Origin: Hydrolagus affinis
Taxonomy: Eukaryota
DNA length: 57,950 nt
Assembly: GCA_012026655.1 (NCBI GenBank)
Contig: JAAILG010002105.1
Location: 1 to 57,950, forward strand
Reading direction: 5' to 3'
The stretch's first letter is position 1, and each line of letters opens with the position of its first letter. The notes below the pieces were generated by a model. The model was not told the DNA's origin and made no database searches. It saw only the letters and a list, made by a program, of their open reading frames with translations. Below are positions 1 through 9,790 of this stretch, piece after piece. A program made the translations under genes and the position numbers.

Positions 1-295
1 GGAAAGTCTTCAAACCGGCCTTGAAAGAGGAAAGGGAAGAAACAAGACGGAGGGATTGGGGGATGGAATTCCATAAGGTCGGAGCAGAAAAACTGAAGGC
101 CCGGCCTCCGATGGTGGGGCGGTTCGGGCGGGGGGCTTGGAGCAGGCCAAGTCCTGCTGAACGGAGGGTCCAGGTGGGCTTGTAGGGGGAGAGTAAATTG
201 GTTAAATAGGGCAGGGCAAGGCCATGTAAGGCCTTGAAGGTGAGGACGAGGATCTTGAACTTGATCCTCTGGAGGATGGGGAGCCAGTGGAGACA
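1..295 (-). mobile_element. L2-clade LINE fragment (3' part of ORF2)
   Basis: G-rich segment (…aggtgaggacgaggatcttgaacttgatcctctggaggatggggagccagtggag) whose reverse complement reads LHWLPILQRIKFKILVLTFKALHG, the typical L2 ORF2 C-terminal motif. Confidence 0.8.
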
Positions 296-2397
296 AGCTG
301 AACTGTGTTTCTCTAAAATTGAGATATTGATTATTAAGAAGCAGAACAGTAAGAAGATCCTGGACCATATTGCATTACTTAATTCCAAGAATATGATGAG
401 GATACAATTATATGAAAATTTTAAATATTTAACAATTTTGGTACAGAACAATGCCTATTTAAAAATAATACAAATGTGTATTATTTTAACCATTTCCCAT
501 ACAATTAATTTATAGTATTAAGCAGCCTCTCCAGCAAAAAAAGAGCCTAGTGTTAGGCTCTATATTTAACTATCTAACTGAAAAATGTTGATGGAAGAAA
601 CATAGTCTTTTTAAAAAATATTATTTTATACTCAGTCCAGTTCTCAGTTCTACTGCAGAGGATGTGGGACTATCTTCCCCAGATAGAAATATACGTACAA
701 TTGGTTTATACACTATGTGCAGAAAACTTTCTCTTTTTTTGCTAATTGAAAGACTTGTCCCTTAGGAAGAGATATACCTTCTTATTGAATAAGATGCCAA
801 ATGTTAAAAATTAGGTGCTGTAAAAAATTTGTGTTAAACGAAAAATAACTCACAACTGTTATATAATTAATTTGCAAGTTTTGTACAAGTTCCAGCTTCT
901 GTACCTATATTACATACAGACCTCCAACTTAATCGGCACTCTGCTGTATCCTTTTCCCCACTCAATTGTGCACACATCTTCATATCTTCACCAAGTTCAA
1001 CTAGCTCTCTATTCAAGATCTTTGTTTTGATTTTCAAATGCCTTCTACCCTGCTACCTGTGGTCTCCTCCAGTTCTACTCCACTAAATGAGGACTGTGGC
1101 CCAATTACTCCAACATTAACATCCAAGCCTTCAGTCACCTTCCTCTAACTCAGCCTATTTCTCAGCCTGATCAGTTTCGTACCCCTCCTTTCTAAAGCAC
1201 CTAAATTATTATTCTATGTGAGTCAGTTGCTGGAACTTCCATGTGTAGGTGGGATGAATGGAATTCCCAGTTTTGTGTGGATACTCTTAAGCATGGTGAT
1301 GGGTTCTGCATGTGTCAGACAGACCAAAAACACTTTGCAGTCACTACAGACCTGCACATTGTTGTGGACATATACAAATATAGATTAGATAAAGGCATCC
1401 GGTTTATTCACCATGGGAAGGCATAAATGTTTTTATGCAGACATAAATGTTTTTATCTTGTTGCTGTGGACCTTAAACTGAAAAACTAAGTGAATGAATA
1501 ACTGTCATGTACATTAAAGATGAGGTTTGGCATGCATGTGGAAAATGGCCTGCTTCTGTGCCATAGCATTCTGTGGAATTCTATGATAAATTAGCAAAAT
1601 AGCTTTCTCCTGATGAAGCACAGACTTCGCTAGAAATTTTGTTTTTCTATCTTTGTTCTGGGAACAATGGATTGTCAAACTGACACAAATGAATTGTAAA
1701 CATCAATTTCCTTGCACTGAAGATGGATCGTCAATTTCACCAGAACAACTGGCAACAGAAACAAATGTAACAATGAAATACTACACATAAAAATTATGCT
1801 TATCAAACATTTGGATCAGTTATTATAACCAAAGAACAAGAGAATTGTTGGTTTCAAAATAACACACATGTTTAATAACATTACATAATGTCAGACTAAG
1901 ATGGCCTTACGTGATGAATATTGGTAAATAAGTTTCCAATTAGTTTGGTAAACATCTACATTATGAAATGGAAATTAAAACACAAAACGATAATACAAAT
2001 CAATGCAATGCAGAAGCAAACCTACAATGAATGCAGCACCAATTTTCACAAAAATACAATCATAAACACTATATTTAAACCACCCAGTATATGCAAAACA
2101 CACAATCTCTTTGAGAGCAGAATCCTCAGCCACTGTTTAAAATTATAATTTAAACAAAAATACGAATTCCTAACTTAGCCTCAAATACCCTTTGTTTTCG
2201 TATATATGTGGGTGTGTGAAAGAAGGATTACAAACTACCTTCACCTTTTTTAAAAAAAAACACACACAATCAGAAGAGTTTCTGTCTGTTACAAACTTGG
2301 CAAGGCCTCTGCACAACTTCGGCCACGTTCGGGTCATTCCTGAACGAGTGACTCAACTCAATTAACTCACTCCCCATGCACTTTGCACAAAACTCAC

Positions 2398-2450
2398 CTG
2401 TCGGAGTACATGTGGGCTGAAGCATTCGACAGCTCTACGCCGCCCGACAT
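2398..2450 (-). CDS. MARCHF5: First coding exon of a divergent gene, probably E3 ubiquitin ligase MARCHF5 (MSGGVELSNASAHMYSD-R)
   Basis: Minus-strand ATG at 2450, 17 codons + 2 nt ending GAC AG|GTGAGT (consensus donor, phase 2). As I recall, mammalian MARCHF5 is head-to-head with CPEB3 and its short first coding exon ends …LD-R| in phase 2. The RING-CH exon is not in the window. Confidence 0.65.
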
Positions 2451-3330
2451 TTCCCACACAGGAATCCTCCACTTTAACTCGTGCTCAAAAGTGCTGGCCG
2501 TTGAGAGAAGACGCTCATGAAGAGTTGCACTAGGCCCCAGGTTGGTCGGTGGTCGGCCTGAGCCCCACACACACACACCGACCCCCCACGAAATACTTCA
2601 ACTGAGCCAGGGAGAGGAGGGAGGGAGGGAGGGAGGGAGGGAAGGAGAAAACCGATAGCGGAACTTTAAAATAATATGTATTATTATTCCTAACTCCGCC
2701 GCGGCTCAGCACCTTAAAATTTGAGCGGGTTTTTTTTTCTTTTTAAAAAAAAACTCGCTGCAGGTCTTGTTGTGGGTTTGAACTTGTCTGTCGGTGTGTG
2801 TATATATATGTGTATGTATGTGTGTCTATCCGTCTGTGCAAAAAAGGGAGGAAAAATAAAATAATCTTTTCCAAACACAAACTACGACCCACGAACTAAA
2901 ACCTCCATTCAATGGCTCTGAGGTAACAATAACAACCGCGCGGAGGCAGCCGGAAGTGCGATACCCATTGTGCGGCGAGGGGCGCTGGGCGGGGGGGAGG
3001 GGGGGGGGAGAGAGCAGAGGGGATCCTGGGTAATGTAGTTCCAGCTCCGCCTTGGGCTCTCCCCTGAGCTGCCAGGACTGCATTTCCCACCGTGCAGCGC
3101 GGCGCACCGGTGCGACCAGAGAGCTTGAGCTGATCAGCTGTAGCGCTGTGGAAGTTTGATTACGCTCCACACATACACTCTCTCTCTCACACACACAGAC
3201 TGACAGAGAGAGAGAGAGAGAGACACAGAGACAGAAAGGGATACAATTGGCACAATTTCCCAAAAATATTTCAAAGGTTCACACTCCAGGTAATACTGTT
3301 ACGGGTGTTCGAAAGGCGGTTGTGGCTGAG
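2400..3330. promoter_or_regulatory. CpG-rich bidirectional promoter region
   Basis: High GC/CpG; ETS/GABP motif CCGGAAGTG 2950-2958; GC boxes about 2979-3010; ZNF143/SBS-like motifs at 3021-3039 (-) and 3077-3096 (+); outward-facing splice donors on both sides (2397 minus, 3290 plus). Confidence 0.7.
3100..3289 (+). other. CPEB3: Putative non-coding exon 1 of CPEB3 (start approximate)
   Basis: Donor CAG|GTAATA at 3289/3290 downstream of the promoter motifs. The first coding exon has an acceptor at 5698-5699, 11 nt before the ATG, so an upstream exon is required. Confidence 0.5.
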
Positions 3331-5375
3331 AATTTGTTTTCTTCCTTTTAGAAAAATAATACGATTGTTCCAACCCAAATCCTTTTTTCTCTCCCTCTCC
3401 CCCCCCTCTCCCTCTTCAAGCGAATGACAAAACTACAGATTGAATTAAAGGGCAGCGGTCTATCAATCAGATATTAATTGTGCCGCATGAACTATGTTGT
3501 CTTTTGCTTCCACTGGCCCGACAGAATGAATTATTCACATGTCATTAAACTTAATATTGATAATAAATACTCTAGGTTTTTGACCTTGACCACTGCAAGG
3601 TCTCACATTGACCTTCGCCTGGTTGTATGAGATCTTATGAAGTGAGTAAGGTTTTTTTTAAGAAAATGCTTTCACAATTTAGATATTAATTTCATGTAAG
3701 TAAAATTGTGCGGTTATTAGTTGTAACTGCCTTTGCCATATATATTACAAAAGCTGAACTGTGTACATCAGATACCAAATCTACAGTCTTCACAATATTT
3801 ACTGCCTTAAATGGCTTGACTTTCCTTTAACTATTTTAATGGAGAAGAGGAAACATATGGATCCTAATACGGCTACCCCCGACGATCCATCCATTCTTCT
3901 CCCCCACCCCCCCCAAAAAAAAAACGTTTTGTTTCAACTTGAAATGCTGATTTTGTCTCCTGACGTGATGTTTACCCCTAACATAAAATGCAGGGAACAA
4001 TATTTAGGATGTGTCTCGTTACTTTTAGTTAAGGTTCGCCATCTTTCGTGGGCTTTGTTGATTTTCTATTTGCAGTACAAACATGGAAATGGATGTGGAT
4101 GCGAGCTGAATGTTAAACGTATGGATCCAAGTTTGGCGTAATAGATGTAATTTTTTTCGAATTAAAAATGCACGTGTACAATGAAAGTATTGCACCTGTG
4201 TACCTTCTAATTTAACAAATATTGGCCCGGAATATTGGCAACATAGTAAAAATCGGTTTGTAGTTTTCGTGGCTGCATTTTGGTTTTGCTCTAGTAAAGT
4301 CGCTTTAGAGATGTAGTTCTGTTAGGATCAGTCGGGTTTTTTTTAATTATTAAACGTAATGAACACCATTTATAAAACGTGGAATATTCTGAGTTGTGCA
4401 ATCAATCGCCCGCTTTGCAAGAACAAATGCGAAACAAGTAGCCATTTTATAAATAAGCCATCAGTGAGTAAGCACAAATTCTACAACCCCCCCAAAAAAA
4501 AATTCTAAGTGCTACGAGGCTATTTTAGTGCCGTGTTTGATCTTGGTTCTGGAAACGCCATGACAATATGCCGGTCAATATCATTTGGCGAGGTGTATGT
4601 GTGTGTGTCTGTGTGTGTGTTTAAAAAAAATGACAAGGTCACCAGTTACCACGTTAAATAGGATTGCACTTCTATTGTGTTTTTTTTTATTTAGCTGTAA
4701 CACGTTTCAAGATGAAACTAAGCACCCCCAGCAATGCATTTTAAAAAAAAATGTACATTAAAGTGCGCAGATAGATTCGGATAAAACCGAGGCGTGTTTC
4801 TTTAAATTGTAGCTTGCTGTTTGCCTGCCCATCTCTCCCTCCCTCCCTCCCTCTCTCTCTCTCTCTCTCTTGCCTCGAGTGTGCTGGGGGCTTTAAATGA
4901 AGTGCAGTGTGGTTGGTGCCTACAGCTGTAGCACGAGAGGAATTTGGGTTTATTTCTCTTTCTATATCGAAACAACACTGTGATTCAATGACAATAGGGG
5001 TGGTATCTCTTAAGAGTAGGGCTAGTGTGTGTGTTTTCATGTCCAGCTTTTTTTTTTACACCCCGGTGGACCTGTCTTTATATATATATATATATATATA
5101 TAACAGAGAGAGGGAGAGAGAGGGCGATTTTAACCTTCTGAAGGACGCAGCACTATTTATTGACGTATGTAAATGAGCAAAGGGCTTTGAAAGCTCCCGA
5201 ACAGGAACAAGAATCAGTTTCACATTGCGGGTGAGAGCTGAAGTTCCGGTGTAAGGAAAGACGTGGCGAAATTGGTGAATATCTGTGCCCGCATCCCAAA
5301 TCTCTCACTCTGTGCGGGGGACCAGAACACGAAAGGGTGAAGGCTGCTAACTCATTTTGAAAGAGAAGAGCTGTA

Positions 5376-5475
5376 NNNNNNNNNNNNNNNNNNNNNNNNN
5401 NNNNNNNNNNNNNNNNNNNNNNNNNNNNNNNNNNNNNNNNNNNNNNNNNNNNNNNNNNNNNNNNNNNNNNNNNNN
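5376..5475. other. Assembly gap (100 N)
   Basis: Run of exactly 100 N. Confidence 0.99.
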
Positions 5476-5634
5476 GGGGAGGGTAGGGGGGTTGTGTGAG
5501 ACCGACACCCAGCAGCAATAATAATAATAGTCCTTACTCATCACAATAATAATAAATATTACTACAGGATTTTCGCCAGGGGTGGGGAGGACTGTGTGCA
5601 TCAGAACACGGCTTAATCATAACAACCCGTCTTT

Positions 5635-5654
5635 GTGTGTGTGTGTGTGTGTTT

Positions 5655-5689
<35 letters not shown>
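5635..5689 (+). repeat. (GT)n(CT)n(GT)n microsatellite forming the polypyrimidine tract of the first coding exon
   Basis: Directly visible, ending just before cctgtttcag|c at 5699/5700. Confidence 0.9.
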
Positions 5690-5710
5690 CCTGTTTCAGC
5701 TTCGCAAACC

Positions 5711-6586
5711 ATGCAGGATGATTTACTGATGGACAAAAGCAAACCACAGCAGCTTTCACCAAGGTCAGCAGAGCAGAGCCACGAAGTCAGAGAGAGCCCG
5801 ACATCCGAAGAGAGCTCTGTGAGTATCAGCAACAACGCCGCCGTCTCCTCCACCACCTCCTCCTCCTCCAGTAACAATAATAATAATCACAGCCCGGTTT
5901 CTGCTCAGAGTAAAGAGAAAGCCCAGATGGAATCGCCAATCTTGCCCGGTCTGAGCTTCCAGCCTCAGGAAGCCGGCACCTCCTTGTCGCCGTCGTTCAG
6001 CACCTGGTCGACGGGCACCACCACCAACGCGGTGGACGACAGCTTTTTCCAGGGGATCCCGCCCGTGAACGGTACGATGCTGTTTCAGAATTTCGCCCAC
6101 GTCAACCCGGTTTTCGGCGGCACCTTCTCGCCCCAGATCGGTCTGGCTCAGCAGACTCAGCACCATCAACAACAAGCCCAACAACAACAACAACAACAGC
6201 AACAACAGCAACAACAGCAGCAGCAGCAACAACAACAACAACAACAGAGAAGATCTCCAGTCAGTCCACAAGCTCCATTCGCTCAACGCAGCGCCTACAG
6301 CCACCAGCCGATCATGACAAGCAAACCTTCCTCGGCCTGGAATAACCACCAGAACACCACCTGGAGCGCTGCCCCCAACCCCTGGAGCGGGTTACAGGCC
6401 AGGGACCCCCGGCGGGCTGTGGGGGTGCCGTCCCCTCTCAACCCCATCTCCCCGCTCAAAAAACCCTTTTCCAGCAATGTCATCGCCCCTCCTAAATTCC
6501 CTCGAACTGCGCCCGCCCTGCCCAAGTCCTGGATGGAAGACAACGCCTTCAGGACCGACAACAGCAATGGCATGTTGCAATTCCAG
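5711..6586 (+). CDS. CPEB3: CPEB3 coding exon 1 (exon starts 5700): N-terminal low-complexity/prion-like domain, 292 aa
   Basis: Kozak ACCATG; MQDDLLMDKSK…MESPILPGLSF…VNGTMLFQNF…SWMEDNAFRTDN is diagnostic of CPEB3; donor CAG|GTACGG, phase 0. Confidence 0.97.
6167..6247 (+). repeat. CAA/CAG trinucleotide repeat encoding QQQA-Q23
   Basis: 6179-6247 = 23 consecutive Gln codons in frame with ATG 5711. Confidence 0.95.
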
Positions 6587-6705
6587 GTACGGTGGGTTTA
6601 AACCTTCCTTCCTTTGGTTCTCATTTTCATTCATACTCAGTGCGTTAAAAGACAGACAGAGAGACAGACAGACAAGGGAAGGCAATCGGGTATGACCTTC
6701 ACAGT

Positions 6706-6740
<35 letters not shown>

Positions 6741-6802
6741 GTATTCATTGCGATCTTTCATAGTGCCTGGCAATGTGTGTCGTTGCTGTAAATGTATTAT
6801 AT

Positions 6803-6836
<34 letters not shown>

Positions 6837-9559
6837 GCAGTATAGATGTATTCAAAATGCTGCGTCTTTTAATGGAGCTTTTTTTGTTGTTTTGGGGGAT
6901 CCCGTCGATTTTATATTTAGCTTTAGTTTATTTGACATGAAACCTCTCCAGCCTTTCCCGAGTATGAAAAGCTTGCTGCCCTCCCTGCTCGAAAGACTGA
7001 CGCAAAGCAGATGTGTAGATTTCCCCTCTCTTAATAATGTTACTGCAGTGATCTAATGCATGGAGCTGGGCATGTCCTCCAATGTTAATTCAATTATATG
7101 TAATCTTCACGCATGTTGCTATATATATTTTATGTGTGTGTGTGTTATATATATTTTTATAGAGAGAGAGAGAGAGATGGTCGTTTGTTTGGCGTAGCTG
7201 GAATTGAAAAGATCACTGCAGTTCCCTAGTGATTAAAATATGCTCAGCTGGATCTTTGCCTTCTGCAGTTTCTGTCGGATGACGTGCAGCTTTCTGTATA
7301 ATTTAAAATAAGGTACAGGAGCTGGTGGGGAGAGGAGAGAGAGAGAGAGACTGACTAAAATTAGAACCATTAGCTATAGATGAGACTGTCATCCAATTGC
7401 CCTCCACATCAGTCAAACGCGATCTCTCTCTCTTTTTTGGGGTGGGTGGGTGGGGGGGTGTTTTTTTTGTTATATATTTAAAAAAAGAAAATCGATGAAT
7501 TTTCAGTGTTTAATTCTGACTCATTATTATTGCCTTTCGTGTTATTGGGCTAGATCATCGCCCCATCCCTTTTTTTTAATTTAAAAGTCCGCTTTGTTTG
7601 GACAATTGTCTTGACGTCAAAAGCATTAAGAGGTGGAGCAAAAAAAAATCCTATCATAATGTGACTGTCGAATTTCCATAAACCGGAGCTCCTTTTCTCC
7701 CCCCCCCTCCCCCTCCCCTCCCCACCCAACCACCCCCCTCCACCCCCAGTCCAGCGTTTCATTTCCATGGTACAGCTGTCCCAATTGTTTTTAACAGTAA
7801 ATATTTGAACAACCTGATGTGAAATATTCAGGGATAATGACATGCTCAGAAAATGCCATTTAAAAGCCACAACCCCAACCACAGCAGATTGGGTGTTTGT
7901 CCATCACACACTGGTTAATTTGGGAGCAGTATTCCTGTGAATTTGGCTGTTCTCCTATTTTATATTCATTAATCCAACTTACCATTCTAGCCTTTTCTGT
8001 ATTTTTTTTTCCAATAACGCGGCACCATTGGGGTCTCAGCAATAATATTTTAGTCAGAAGGTTAAAAACATTGCTTAGGTAAGTGCTTGGTGTTGCGACA
8101 TATTTACTTGTTATAACAAATATGAACAGCAGGATTGTGGACAGACCAACTCCCTGTACCATTGTGTGGAAGCAAAAGGAAGAAATCAAATTCTGCATTG
8201 CATGTGCTTGTTCACGGACAAGAGAGAAACACAGAACTCAGGTGCCCCCCAGCAGTATGGCAGAATATTAATGCATCTAAATCATCCTATTGAAAAAATC
8301 TCATGACCAATACACTAGAGATTTTTCCATTCTGAACATATTCAAATATGATGACGTACAACAAATAATTCTTAGACCCTCAATGCAGATTTTATATAGG
8401 TTTATTTTGCTTTTAGTTGTCCGACGCACCCCATTGTACAGTGTATTCCCGAATGTTAACTCTGTTCTGAGATTAAAAGCTTTTAAAATGCTGGGAAAAT
8501 AGGTTCCGTACTTTAATTCTTCAATAGGAAACGGAAAAATAATGCTGCTATTTCTGATGTAACCGATAGTTTTTGTTCTGTACCTGAATAATTATCTTAA
8601 TAGATATCACAACCCACTTCATAATTAATGTAGAGCAGGGTTACACAAATGGATACAAAAATGTCACCTTTGAATTTTTCATTGAAAATGGTACATTTAT
8701 AAGCCATTTGGACCATATATTCTGCTGTACAAAGCCACTCTGCTCACTTATGCAAAATGGAGGATGAGGAAATGGAGACCATGTATTATTGTTACAGTTG
8801 GATGCCGGTTTCACCACACCCTGATTAATTTTCGTAATTAAGAATTGTGTTTTGGAGCCTGGCCTGCTTTTCCTTCACCTATTGCAACATCTTATTTTCA
8901 ACTTGAAAGCCTTTGAGGCTCCAATTATTTTAAAACACAGATTGTGCTAGATTTAGATGCTTAACTGGCTAAATTTAGGAATTTAGTCACGCAGGTTTTT
9001 TGGGCCAAAATATAGGATTAAATCTGTTGAAATCCAGTTATACAGGTTCACACAAGGGCGTCACTTAGATTATTATTTATAGTGTTTTGCATGAAATACT
9101 GATGTTGAATTAACCATCCCAGAGTGCTTAATTAAGTAGTTTTGTCAAAGGAAACTACTGTAAGATTAATACAGGCAGGAATTATCTGGGGGTATGTTTA
9201 GGATCAAGCAGGTAGAGTGTTTTACCGAAAAACTTGCATTGGGCAACATCGGAACACAGAAACAATTGGCCCGGTAAGTAAGTAAATAACACAGCCTGTC
9301 TATTGCTGTCATGATTCTTTTCAGGATCGCTTGTGGAGGCAGTCAAATGTGGGATCCAAATTGTTGTTAACATTTCAGTTCCTGTTCTCTAACTGTTGTA
9401 CGATCCCTGATTTGAGGCCTCTGTTTCTTCACTCAACAAATGAGGGAGAGGTTTGCAGATAGAATCCTATTTAGGGGCAGAAAGTAGGGGCCTGATGGAG
9501 TGTCCATAAGGAGCAGGAATATATATTTTTTTCTATTGTGAAATGTACAGGGACTAATC

Positions 9560-9790
9560 ATGGACAAACTAAGATGGAGTTCAGCAACAACTTAGATTCA
9601 TAAGGAACATTTCACTTGGGAAAATACTGGTCAAACGTTGAATGGGGGACCCTTGCAACTTGGAAGATATGGGGGGAGGTAAGTAAGAGGATGGTGACCA
9701 ATGCACTGAGGTACAGGGAGCTAAAATTTCAGCGAGAATGGGTAATAGGCTTATGGGAAGGATACAGGCTCAAAGACATCAAAAGACTTG
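9560..9790 (+). mobile_element. Degenerate LINE remnant, probably CR1
   Basis: Purine-rich decayed segment resembling CR1 ORF2; recognised by eye only. Confidence 0.35.

Noticed and set aside
1608-1645. Hammerhead-like CTGATGA…GAAA
   Set aside because: Extra base before GAAA, weak stem II and no stem I/III with a UH site; at most a decayed retroelement end.
5582-5710. N-terminal extension of the 339-aa ORF
   Set aside because: Starts at GTG in intronic microsatellite upstream of the acceptor at 5698-5699; the real start is ATG 5711.
5617-6748. Antisense ORFs (86-194 aa, including poly-Leu)
   Set aside because: Shadow frames of a GC-rich exon and the CAA/CAG repeat.
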